Positions 36,300 through 44,032 of a DNA stretch of 44,032 nt are shown here, in pieces. The DNA is taken from IMG/VR virus record IMGVR_UViG_3300048574_000459, positions 1-44,032 of that record. One strand, 5' to 3'. The translations under genes and the position numbers were made by a program. Source of the stretch: a virus. Lineage: Duplodnaviria; Caudoviricetes. Positions within the stretch are counted from its first letter, which is position 1; every line of letters starts with the position of its first letter. The notes beneath the pieces are model-generated. The model did no database searches and was not told the DNA's origin. It saw nothing but the letters and a program-made list of their open reading frames with translations.

Positions 36300-36625
36300 T
36301 AGAGCCCCCAGTCGGACGCGACCGGCACCCGGAAGATCTCCGAGTCGGCGGGGATGTCCACGGGGTTGGCGAGCGGCTTCAGGATGACCTTGTTCTGCTT
36401 GGGGTTGGCAATCACGCCGTCGAAGCCGACCGACTCCCAGCGGAAGACCCAGACCGCCCGCGTGAGCTTGAGCCGGCTGTTCTCCTCGGTGAGGTCGCCT
36501 GCGAAGATCCAGCCGCGGTCCACGACGATGACGGCGCGTTCGCCGCTCGGTACGGGGGCCGGGATGCTGTCGGCGGGGACGTAATCGACGCCGTTGATGG
36601 TGATGACGTTGTTCTTGGGCTCCAT
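36299..36625 (-). CDS. DUF6948-like (Sm-like) small protein
   Basis: ITINGVDYVP, VIVVDRGWIFAGDL...L..A..V.RW; this type of gene typically precedes GYG-repeat genes in phages (from recall). Confidence 0.6.
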   Translation of the reverse strand: MEPKNNVITINGVDYVPADSIPAPVPSGERAVIVVDRGWIFAGDLTEENSRLKLTRAVWVFRWESVGFDGVIANPKQNKVILKPLANPVDIPADSEIFRVPVASDWGL

Positions 36626-36643
36626 TGATGCGTGTTTCCTTTC

Positions 36644-36976
36644 TTACTGAGCGATTCGGCTCATGAACTGGGTGATCTTCTGGTGGGTCTTGGCGGTCGG
36701 GATGTGCCCGCGCTCGATTTTCCGAAGGGTGTCCCCCTTGACGCCGCTCTGGCGCTCGATCTCCCGCTGACTGATGCTGAACGCGACCCGCCAGGGCTTG
36801 AGGACGTTCGGCAGCTCCTCGCGGGTCGGAAGCGGCATGCCCTTGGGCTTGGGCTCGTCCCGGGTGATGCCCAGGGCAAGGTCGATGAAGCGGTCCTGCT
36901 GGTGCGGCTGCAGCTTGTCGAAGTGCTTGAGGATGTCCTCCAGGAGGGTGTGCCGGAGGCTGGCGTCGAGGTCCAT
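36644..36976 (-). CDS. XRE-family HTH regulator
   Basis: LKPWRVAFSISQREIERQSGVKGDTLRKIERG. Confidence 0.75.
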   Translation of the reverse strand: MDLDASLRHTLLEDILKHFDKLQPHQQDRFIDLALGITRDEPKPKGMPLPTREELPNVLKPWRVAFSISQREIERQSGVKGDTLRKIERGHIPTAKTHQKITQFMSRIAQ

Positions 36977-36987
36977 GCTTCTCCTCC

Positions 36988-37155
36988 TTAGTAGATGAGG
37001 CGCTCGCCGAGAAGTCGGGCGAGCTGGATAGCGTCGTCGATGCTCAGGGTGAAGACCAAGCTCTCTTGACCGAGGACGTAATCCCGAAGCATCTCTTGAG
37101 GGATGAAGATTTCGACGTCGTCGTCTCCGACGAAGACCTTGATGGGCTTGCTCAC
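36988..37155 (-). CDS. 55-aa hypothetical protein; absent from the ORF track
   Basis: GGAGG SD, GTG start; MSKPIKVFVGDDDVEIFIPQ...LLGERLIY*. Confidence 0.6.
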   Translation of the reverse strand: MSKPIKVFVGDDDVEIFIPQEMLRDYVLGQESLVFTLSIDDAIQLARLLGERLIY

Positions 37156-37164
37156 CAGCACCTC

Positions 37165-37650
37165 CTAGAAGATGTCGGCCGCGAAGGCCTCGGCGGTGGC
37201 GGGCGCGGTGGGCGCCGACGGGGCGACAGGCTCCGACTCCTGGGGGTGGTCCTGGGTGCCGGCGTAGGCGCGGGACAGGCCGCCGATGGCGTCGAGCTCG
37301 CGCTTGTCGAGGGCATGCTCCCGCAGCACTTCGTTCAGGCCGGCCTTCATCGCGCCCAACTCGCGCTGTGCATCCTCGAGGATCCCCTGCAGGTCGAGGT
37401 AAACGGGGTCCTTCTGCTTGGCGACGGAGGTCCGGTTCTTGCGGACCTCGACGCTCGGGGGCTTCTCGCCGGGCTTAGGCTCGCCCGCCTCCTCGAAGAG
37501 CTGGGCCTCCCGGTCGTCCATCTGGCGCTTGAGGTTGCGGATGGCTTGCTCCTGGCTGGCGATCTCCTCCTCACGGGATTTGATGTCGGCGGTGCGTGCC
37601 CTGGCCGCGGTGGACAGCGCGAGGTAGTTCTGGGACAGGCGTTTGATCAT
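37165..37650 (-). CDS. Coiled-coil hypothetical protein
   Basis: AAGGAGG SD; helical; ends ADIF. Confidence 0.65.
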   Translation of the reverse strand: MIKRLSQNYLALSTAARARTADIKSREEEIASQEQAIRNLKRQMDDREAQLFEEAGEPKPGEKPPSVEVRKNRTSVAKQKDPVYLDLQGILEDAQRELGAMKAGLNEVLREHALDKRELDAIGGLSRAYAGTQDHPQESEPVAPSAPTAPATAEAFAADIF

Positions 37651-37702
37651 GTGGTAGCCTCCTTGAATGGTTGATTGATCCAGTAACGAAAGGACAATAG
37701 GA

Positions 37703-37882
37703 ATGACGGATACCGAAACGGTTCTTGCCCTGACTAAGATGGCCGTGGACTCCCAGCCGAAGTGGAAGAGCGCGGATCCGGAAGGGCGGGCAATTGAGAT
37801 TTGGCTGATGTTCTGTTACTTCGCTGAAAAGGCAGATGAGAACTTTGGTGGTCCCGCTAAAGCGGCAACTGCTCACGATTAG
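37703..37882 (+). CDS. 59-aa counter-oriented ORF; absent from the ORF track
   Basis: GAAAGGA upstream; MTDTETVLALTKMAVDSQPKW...AATAHD*; fills the gap exactly. Confidence 0.55.
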   Translation: MTDTETVLALTKMAVDSQPKWKSADPEGRAIEIWLMFCYFAEKADENFGGPAKAATAHD

Positions 37883-38166
37883 TCGAAGTACATCGTCCTG
37901 AAGTTTCCGTTCGCGTCTTTGGCGATGCGGCCTTCGATAGGTGTCGCAGCCGCGTTCGAATCGTAATCACCAGAGATGAACGGAGGGCAACTCTCCAGGG
38001 CTTCATTAGCATTCCTGACGTGCGTTTCGTTCACAGCCCTACGCACGATCACTCGCAACTGAGCGTTGACGCTCCGGAATGCCTGGTCTGCCAGGATGCG
38101 GAGGAGGTCCACCTCCTTCTTGGTCAGGTAGAACTCGACGCGGACGGGTTCCATGTCCTTACTCAT
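37879..38166 (-). CDS. Arc-like ribbon-helix-helix protein
   Basis: VRVEFYL...LLRILADQAFRSVNAQLRVIVRRAV. Confidence 0.7.
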   Translation of the reverse strand: MSKDMEPVRVEFYLTKKEVDLLRILADQAFRSVNAQLRVIVRRAVNETHVRNANEALESCPPFISGDYDSNAAATPIEGRIAKDANGNFRTMYFD

Positions 38167-38230
38167 GCATGCTCCCTTCATGTTGATTTACAAACTTGTG
38201 TGTGATACTCTACCGATCGATCGGTAGGAA

Positions 38231-38277
38231 GCTCAGCGCCAGGGATTCGATCCCCAGCTCACGCTCAGGCGCCAAGC
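38231..38277 (-). ncRNA. tRNA-top-half-like RNA motif, copy B
   Basis: GCTTGGCGCC/GGCGCTGAGC stem, AGC-GTGA-GCT hairpin, GGGG ATCGAAT CCCT arm. Confidence 0.55.
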
Positions 38278-38472
38278 AGTTTCCAGGTCGAGCGGGCTCA
38301 CCCCCATCAAGGTCCCGGTCGCCTGGGTAGTCAGATTTAGGCTGTCAAGGTGCGTCCCTCGATCGGCTGCTCGTCGGCGCTCAGGTTGCGCCAGTCGTGC
38401 CGGCAGGCAGCTGGGGATCTCGGGGATTCGCTAGGGGCGGGGTCGCGCCGCCCGGTCCGCGTGGGTACGGCT

Positions 38473-38679
38473 CTAGCGCTGGTGGTGCTGGGTGGCCTGG
38501 CGCTCGGCCACGGCGGCGTTGTAGTCACTGGTGCCGGCGGCGGCGAAGAGGACGAGGAAGAGGAGGATGCCGAGGGTAGTGCCGTAGGCGGTCCCAAAGA
38601 ACGCGCACAGGCGATAGGAGAGCGACGGGCGCTTGGCCTCGAGGTCGGTCATGTAGAGTTCGGGTTTGCGCTGGTGCAT
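38473..38679 (-). CDS. Small membrane protein
   Basis: AAGGAG SD; one TM segment (LGILLFLVLFAAA). Confidence 0.6.
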   Translation of the reverse strand: MHQRKPELYMTDLEAKRPSLSYRLCAFFGTAYGTTLGILLFLVLFAAAGTSDYNAAVAERQATQHHQR

Positions 38680-38694
38680 GGTGGGCTCCTTGGG

Positions 38695-39120
38695 CTAGGC
38701 GGTGTACTGGCCGATCCCGCGCTTGCGAGACTCGATGAAGTCCGCGATTTCCGAGCGCTTCCAGCGAACGACGTTGGTTGAGACGTTCAGGCGAATCGGA
38801 AGTTCGCCGCGCTCTTCCATCCGGTCAACCGTCTTGGGCGAGACGCCGAGCATGGCCGCGACATCGGCCTTAGAAAGAAGCTCTCGGAGTATCTCAGGCT
38901 TGACGGTGGTCTCAGTGGTTTCCGGCGCTGCGTCCTTCAGCGGTGCCTGAATGGAAAGCTCGGCCTGGACAGCGGCAACCCGGATGTGGTGAATCAGCGC
39001 GTCAATTCCTTCCTGGACGGGTGCGCAGACCTCGCAGAGGCCCGAGAGGATGAAGTCAGCACCTTCGATTGCACGGAGGCAGATTTTGCATTTGATGGAT
39101 TTGAGCTTCTTAGTTCGCAT
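38695..39120 (-). CDS. AlpA-type excisionase/regulator with an N-terminal CxxC...CxxC
   Basis: LLSKADVAAMLGVSPKTVDRMEERGELP...VRWKRSEI; AAAGGAGG SD. Confidence 0.8.
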   Translation of the reverse strand: MRTKKLKSIKCKICLRAIEGADFILSGLCEVCAPVQEGIDALIHHIRVAAVQAELSIQAPLKDAAPETTETTVKPEILRELLSKADVAAMLGVSPKTVDRMEERGELPIRLNVSTNVVRWKRSEIADFIESRKRGIGQYTA

Positions 39121-39235
39121 GTCGAAGCCTCCTTTGAAAGGCAAGATTAGAAAATGCCTGAAACAAAGACCAGACTTGTATTTGGAAGGTGTCTCGTTCC
39201 GTCCAACCTTGTCCCAGGAAGTCCACTCTTAGGGC

Positions 39236-39454
39236 TTATGCGGCGGGTTCGGAAGGGAGGGGGGCGCGGCCAAGGAGTTGGGGGACGGTGAGGCCATAGA
39301 GGGCGGCCATGGATTCAAGCGTCTTGATGGGTAGCGTCTCGGGGTCGAAGCCGGGTGCTTCCCAGCGGGCAAGCGTCCGAGCCCCGATACCCATACGGAG
39401 CGCTGCCTCGTGGCGCGTGTACTTGCCGCGCCGCGCAGCCATTAGTTGAGACAT
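39236..39454 (-). CDS. Cro-like HTH protein
   Basis: AAGGAGG SD; TRHEAALRMGIGARTLARWE; divergent from the repressor. Confidence 0.8.
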   Translation of the reverse strand: MSQLMAARRGKYTRHEAALRMGIGARTLARWEAPGFDPETLPIKTLESMAALYGLTVPQLLGRAPLPSEPAA

Positions 39455-39464
39455 CGTTACCTCC

Positions 39465-39574
39465 TTATGCCAATCTCGGCATAATTCGACTATATGCCCA
39501 TCCTGGCATAATGTCAATAGTGGCATAAGGTGATTTTTTTCTAGCGAGCGTGTAATATGCCAAACATGGCAACT
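39465..39574. promoter_or_regulatory. Operator array TATGCC-N6-GGCATA (4 sites)
   Basis: 39465-39484 perfect, 39492-39511 near-perfect, 39509-39528 and 39555-39574 degenerate. Confidence 0.8.
39489..39517 (-). promoter_or_regulatory. Lytic promoter
   Basis: TTGACA-N17-TATAGT, overlapped by the operators. Confidence 0.85.
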
Positions 39575-40042
39575 TCGTTTGCAAAGAAACTGAAAGAGCT
39601 TCGGGAGGCTTGTGGGCTTAGCGGGTTGGCGCTGAGCAAGCAGGCAGAGATCTCCCAGCCGCTTCTCAACCGAATCGAGAACGGTCAGCGGGAGCCAACC
39701 CCAGAGGTGATAGCAAAGCTTGCGCCGGTGCTGGGCGTCTCCGTTGAGGAGATGCAGGCCTGGGCGGACGCCGATGAGCTTGGCGAAACGCGCCTTAGAG
39801 GGTTGAGGCAGTTTGGCTTGCTCTCCGGCGGCCTCGACGTTCCCGACGACATCGAGGACGAGCCGGATGACTGGGAGCGCGAGGTGCTGATCCGCACCGG
39901 CGCAGCGACAGCTCATGACTACTCCAGCCAGTCCGACTTCTGGTATCTACCGAAGCATGAGCGGCGAGCCATCCTGGAAAACCTGGATGAGATTTGGCGC
40001 GAGAATGAAGCGCTCATGAAGAAGATGAGGAAGCGGGGGTAG
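39557..40042 (+). CDS. Prophage repressor (XRE HTH, no S24 autoprotease domain)
   Basis: KLKELRE..GLS...LS....ISQ.LL.RIE.GQREP; acidic C-terminus. Confidence 0.85.
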   Translation: MPNMATSFAKKLKELREACGLSGLALSKQAEISQPLLNRIENGQREPTPEVIAKLAPVLGVSVEEMQAWADADELGETRLRGLRQFGLLSGGLDVPDDIEDEPDDWEREVLIRTGAATAHDYSSQSDFWYLPKHERRAILENLDEIWRENEALMKKMRKRG

Positions 40043-40045
40043 ATA

Positions 40046-40579
40046 ATGAAGCCTGCCCGACTAGTGCTCGCTTATTTGTTACTGCTGACCGTTGCTGGAT
40101 GCTTCATCCCCAGAGACTTGGTCGGCGAGATCCAAACAACCTCCCCAGGACAACGTCTCGGATCCTCTCCTGCACCATCCGACCAAGTGACTCCAGAGGA
40201 ACAAGCCAAATATGAGGATTTACTGGCAGGGCGAGTGGCGGCTAGTATTATCCGGCAGTATGCCCTCCCCATTTACACTGCGAGTGCTGAGAAAATCGAA
40301 GCGGAAACCGCTCCCCGCGAGAGGGAGTTGCTCGACAACCTCAAGAAGTACCAACCAGGAACAACCCGATATGAACTCGACATGTCCCGGCTCAATAGCC
40401 TACGCAGTTCTAAGGACGCTCTGCTCCGGGAGGCGAAACGCGAAGCCATCGATACAGGCACACTCAAAGCGATTGATGCAGTGCTCGCCGAGGCGCTCCG
40501 CAGTGGCTCTTACAACAGCAACCTCGCAGCCTACGTGATGCTCAAATTCAATGAGGCAAAGGGTTACGTTTCGTTATGA
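40046..40579 (+). CDS. Lipoprotein (possible superinfection exclusion)
   Basis: Lipobox LLLTVAG-C; co-transcribed with the repressor. Confidence 0.7.
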   Translation: MKPARLVLAYLLLLTVAGCFIPRDLVGEIQTTSPGQRLGSSPAPSDQVTPEEQAKYEDLLAGRVAASIIRQYALPIYTASAEKIEAETAPRERELLDNLKKYQPGTTRYELDMSRLNSLRSSKDALLREAKREAIDTGTLKAIDAVLAEALRSGSYNSNLAAYVMLKFNEAKGYVSL

Positions 40580-41106
40580 CCCAGCAAGGCCGCCCGACCG
40601 ACAGCAAGAGCTATTGACGCCATCCTAGCCTCATCGTGGAACGATTCGCCCGCCTCGAAGCCAAGCACAACGCCGAAGTGCGCCCCCGCCGTCTGGTCAA
40701 CGACGTTTGCCTAACGATCAACCCTACGGGCACCTGCACGATCAGCTATGGTACTTCTATCTCTAAGCCGGAGGCTGTGGTCGGCGTGGCCATGATGTTC
40801 GGCGTCCTGGCGCTCGGTTGGCCTGGTCACCAGTTCCGATTCCGCTTCCCGCTGGAAGACGACGCCCCGACCCTCAAGAAGCGAGCCGGCGCCATGCGCA
40901 GGGATTACCGTGTAGCTTGGCGTTGGGCGGCACGGTTCCTGATCCCCGATGCAGCGATCAAGCGGATCCGGCGCGAGGAGCCGGACGTGCGCGAGGTCCT
41001 GGAAGAACTCGGCGTTATGCCTGACCTGCTCGGCTACCGGCTCGGCATCATCATTCCGCCTGGTCTAGTGGGGAAGCCGAAGGAGGAGTGGACTCCTCAC
41101 TCGTAG
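40576..41106 (+). pseudogene. Degenerate ImmA/IrrE-like gene with an in-frame TGA at 40615 (or a CDS from GTG 40636)
   Basis: C-half AWRWAARFLIP...EELGV...LGYRL resembles ImmA; the HExxH position reads AMMFGV. Confidence 0.55.
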
Positions 41107-42328
41107 GCTTGGCCGTCAGGATCTCCCCCAACTTCACCGCCCAGCCCTCCAGGGCCTCCCGCTTTTCAGCATCATAGCTGTGCCGGTCATAAACGCCCGT
41201 CACACCAGGCTCGACATGGTTCAGAATCTTAGCAACGTGCTTGTAGCGGTCGAAGCCCATGGAAGTCATGTTGGAGGCGGCTGTCCGCCGGAGATCATGG
41301 GCCTGGAAGTCGAAGACCTTGACCTTGAGAATCTTCCGGGCGGTGTCCTGGATCCTGTCGGCCGCCTTCTGGATATTGCCGACGTGCAGGTCCTCACCTG
41401 GGGTCTTGCGGCTGTAGGTAGGGAAAACCCACTGAGAACCGCAGGTCTTGAGCTTGGGATTCTTGGCTCGGACTTTGAGCTCTTCGAGGATGCCGAGCGC
41501 CATGGGCGTGAGGGGCACCCGATGCGATAACCCATTCTTGGCGTACTCAGCTGGAATCGTCCACCATCCGGCCTTAAGGTCCATGTCCTGCCAGCGCATG
41601 ATCATGACCTCTCCGCCGCGCTGGGCCGTGATGAGGATGAGGCGGAAGATCGCCCTGATGAGGTCGCCCTCCTTCTCGGTCGCCTTCCAGAAGGCCTGGA
41701 TCTCATGGTCCTTGAGGACGCGATCACGCGTTTTCTCTTTGGTCGGAGCCTTGACCATTGTGCATGGGTTGGTCTCCAGGAGGTCTCGGCTGATGGCCCA
41801 GTTGAAGATCACGCGGACGAGGGCCAAGGTGCGGTTCGCCTCAACGCCTTTACCGCGCTCGATGATGGAATCAAGCAGAGCGATCACGTCTCGACGTTTG
41901 ATAGAAATGGCCTTGCGCTTCTCCCAAACCGGTAGGAGGTGGCGGTTGATTCGGTTCTCGTCCTCCTTCCAGGAGTCCTTATTGAGCTTGGCATGGCGGT
42001 CAAGGTACTGTTCGGCAAGCTTACCGAACGTGAGCTCGGCCTCCTTCTTCCTACGCTTGCTCTCGGAGGCGTCGATCCCGTCGCTCGCATCGTCAATGAT
42101 CCTGCGGGCAGCCTTACGTGCCTCCGCGAGCTTGAGCTTAGGAAAGTCCCCCAGCCGCTGTCGAACTCGCTTGGGGTCGCCAGCAACCCGATACATCACG
42201 TACCAGGTCATCTTGCCTGATGGCGAGATACGAATGAGGAGGCCTGCCTCCTTCTCGTCGAAGTGCTCGACGCGGGTATCGGAGGGCCTGAGCTTCTCCA
42301 GCCATTGCTGGGTCATGTAGACGGCCAT
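41051..42328 (-). CDS. int: Tyrosine integrase (P4-like, N-terminal arm-binding domain)
   Basis: TAQRGGEV, AKNG, HDLRRT, ILNH and VYDR catalytic set. Confidence 0.95.
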   Translation of the reverse strand: MAVYMTQQWLEKLRPSDTRVEHFDEKEAGLLIRISPSGKMTWYVMYRVAGDPKRVRQRLGDFPKLKLAEARKAARRIIDDASDGIDASESKRRKKEAELTFGKLAEQYLDRHAKLNKDSWKEDENRINRHLLPVWEKRKAISIKRRDVIALLDSIIERGKGVEANRTLALVRVIFNWAISRDLLETNPCTMVKAPTKEKTRDRVLKDHEIQAFWKATEKEGDLIRAIFRLILITAQRGGEVMIMRWQDMDLKAGWWTIPAEYAKNGLSHRVPLTPMALGILEELKVRAKNPKLKTCGSQWVFPTYSRKTPGEDLHVGNIQKAADRIQDTARKILKVKVFDFQAHDLRRTAASNMTSMGFDRYKHVAKILNHVEPGVTGVYDRHSYDAEKREALEGWAVKLGEILTAKPTSEESTPPSASPLDQAE

Positions 42329-42397
42329 GGGAGAGGTTTTCCAGGTCCTTTTCGGAGGGTGCCAGGGTGCCGGGGTGCCAAATTATCTTACCTAGAT

Positions 42398-42491
42398 TGA
42401 CTCAACCTGTCCAACCTTGTCTATATCAAAAACCAGCATCCCATGCGGATTTCGGGTAAAATAGGTGGGCAAGGTTGGACAGATTGAGTCA
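42398..42491. repeat. 24-bp inverted repeat beside att
   Basis: 42398-42421 versus 42468-42491, 2 mismatches. Confidence 0.85.
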
Positions 42492-42502
42492 CGAGCAAAG
42501 GC

Positions 42503-42546
42503 CTACGAATCATTAGGTCGGGGGTTCGAATCCCTCTGGCCGCGCC
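42503..42546 (+). tRNA. 3' half of tRNA-Arg(ACG), the att core/prophage right end
   Basis: CT-ACG-AA TCATT AGGTC GGGGG TTCGAAT CCCTC TGGCCGC G CC; the 5' half is missing upstream. Confidence 0.85.
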
Positions 42547-44032
42547 TGATGGAGAGACTGGTTGGATCCGATGGGTCCAGCCAGTCTCTTTTTTTTGTCA
42601 TATCCGCCGCAGAGGCAAGGATATCAAAGGGTTGGCGGTAGTCGACCGTCAGCTCACCGTCCATCAAAATGCAGTTCGAAAGTACGAAATCCAGCATTTT
42701 TCTCTTTTCGAAGGCACTTTGCTGGGAGTAGCGTGGATACAAGGTTCTAGCCAGTTCGAGGACCTGAACGCCGTAGTCGATGTACTTGGCGTCCGCTACC
42801 TGGTGGGCCTTCAGCTTGGTCCGAACGCGCTCGAGTTCTTCCTGGTACTCACGCTGCTTCGTTAGCCAGAAGGCCTCCGAGACGAGGCCATCGAGCTTGT
42901 CCTCATACAGCTTGCCCAATCGGGTCTCCAGACGCTCTTCCTGCTGCCTGAGGGCCTGACTGGCCTCTTGGTGAAATTCCTGCTCATCCTGATAGCTTTC
43001 CTTGAGAGCCTGCTGCATCCAGTCGATGACCTGATCCGGCACCTGGATCATCCGCACCAAGGCATCGAGCTTTTCTTCGAGAAGCTCCTCCCTCAAGTAC
43101 TTCTCGGGGCACTTCCCCTTGAAGCCGGTGCAGCGGTAATAGATGTACTTCTGCTTCTTGATCTCCGCGGTGATCGAGCATCCGCAGTGTCCGCACCGCA
43201 AGAGACCCACGAAGGCGAAGGATCTCGCCTGGGCGACCCCGAGCGATCGCTCTTGCATCATCGCCTGAACGCGCTCGTAGAGTTCCGGAGTAATCAAGCG
43301 CTCGATTGTGCTTTCGAAGCGCTGGCCCTTCCAGAGGAACGAGCCCGAATAGATGGGGTTTGTAAGGATTCTGGCGATGGTGCTGCGAGAGACGGGTTTT
43401 CCCGAGAACGGAGGCGGATAGGTCAGCCCGCTTTCAAGCGCGTATCGGTGCAGCTCGGAAATCGACCGGCCACCCGTGGCGTAGAGTTCAAAGAGCTTGG
43501 TCACGATCGGCGCCCGCTCCGGATCGCGAATCAAGGTTTTTTTCGAGAGCTCGTTGAGGTAGCCGATGGGAGCGCGAGACGGATAAATCCCTTGCCTCGC
43601 CTTTTCGCCCATCCCCTTCTTGACCTCTTCGCTGAGGTTGTCGAGGTAGTTCTTCGCCATCAGGACCTTGATGCCGTGCATGAACTTCTCGTGAGAATTG
43701 GACTCGGGAGTCAGGATGACGTTCTCCTTGTAGAAGTGAATGGTCAATCCCAGCTCTTCCAGGAGGATGTAATCCTTGAAGTTGCGGTAGAGGCGATCGG
43801 TCTTTTCGACGACTATCGTCCTGACGCTTGGATTCTTCTTCAAGAACTTGAGCATCTCCCCGAAGTTGGTGCGTCCCGACTTCTTTGCGGTTTCTACATC
43901 GATGAATTCCGAGACGATTTCCAAGCCGTGCTTGGCGCAGTAGTCGGCAGCGTACCGCTGCTGGGCCGGAATCGAGAACCCATTCTCCTCCTGCTCCTTG
44001 CTACTCACACGGGCGTATAGGGCCGCTTTCAT
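42503..44032 (-). CDS. Large serine recombinase (probably from an adjacent element)
   Basis: YARVSS, DRLYR, recombinase domain (ILTNPIYSG), zinc ribbon CGHCG...YYRC...C, coiled coil. Confidence 0.93.
   Translation of the reverse strand: MKAALYARVSSKEQEENGFSIPAQQRYAADYCAKHGLEIVSEFIDVETAKKSGRTNFGEMLKFLKKNPSVRTIVVEKTDRLYRNFKDYILLEELGLTIHFYKENVILTPESNSHEKFMHGIKVLMAKNYLDNLSEEVKKGMGEKARQGIYPSRAPIGYLNELSKKTLIRDPERAPIVTKLFELYATGGRSISELHRYALESGLTYPPPFSGKPVSRSTIARILTNPIYSGSFLWKGQRFESTIERLITPELYERVQAMMQERSLGVAQARSFAFVGLLRCGHCGCSITAEIKKQKYIYYRCTGFKGKCPEKYLREELLEEKLDALVRMIQVPDQVIDWMQQALKESYQDEQEFHQEASQALRQQEERLETRLGKLYEDKLDGLVSEAFWLTKQREYQEELERVRTKLKAHQVADAKYIDYGVQVLELARTLYPRYSQQSAFEKRKMLDFVLSNCILMDGELTVDYRQPFDILASAADMTKKRDWLDPSDPTSLSIRRGQRDSNPRPNDS

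Larger units (their letters stand above)
1..42546. mobile_element. Temperate podovirus-like prophage integrated at tRNA-Arg(ACG); left end outside the window
   Basis: Complete module order from integrase to lysis; no tape-measure or sheath genes; tRNA fragment beside int. Confidence 0.9.

Noticed and set aside
36003-36302. Poly-VA ORF on the + strand
   Set aside because: Reverse-strand read of the hexamer repeat; the - strand frame is the one coupled in the operon.
39236-39916. 226-aa ORF spanning the switch
   Set aside because: Its N-terminal extension is antisense to the repressor; the real start is ATG 39454 with an AAGGAGG SD.
40615-40617. Genome-wide TGA recoding
   Set aside because: TGA is used as a normal stop in coupled genes (amidase, MTases, lipoprotein).

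Overview
High-GC temperate podovirus-like prophage (~42.5 kb visible; the left att is outside the window). The right end is a displaced 3' half of tRNA-Arg(ACG) at ~42503-42546, followed by the large serine recombinase of a probable second element. Read right to left on the - strand: P4-type tyrosine integrase; an immunity block (+ strand XRE repressor, lipoprotein and degenerate ImmA/IrrE-like gene, with a cro-like gene and an operator array); an AlpA-type excisionase; early/replication genes (SSB-like, DinG helicase, primase-NTPase, C5 and N6A methyltransferases, RecU-like); terS, terL, P22-like portal, scaffold and capsid; two adaptors; a tail fibre with a YVTN propeller; a nozzle; three ejection-type proteins, including a 1712-aa polyvalent protein with a PBECR-like RNase domain; and holin, amidase and a spanin-like gene. 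Five observations stand out: (1) a promoter-driven, three-way-junction antisense sRNA hidden inside the giant gene directly after the nuclease domain, a candidate RNA antitoxin; (2) a C5 methyltransferase apparently split over two fully overlapping reading frames; (3) three intergenic tRNA-top-half mimics; (4) a catalytically dead, TGA-interrupted ImmA-like gene; (5) a perfect 23-bp inverted repeat bracketing terL. All family calls are by-eye motif recognition, not database searches.
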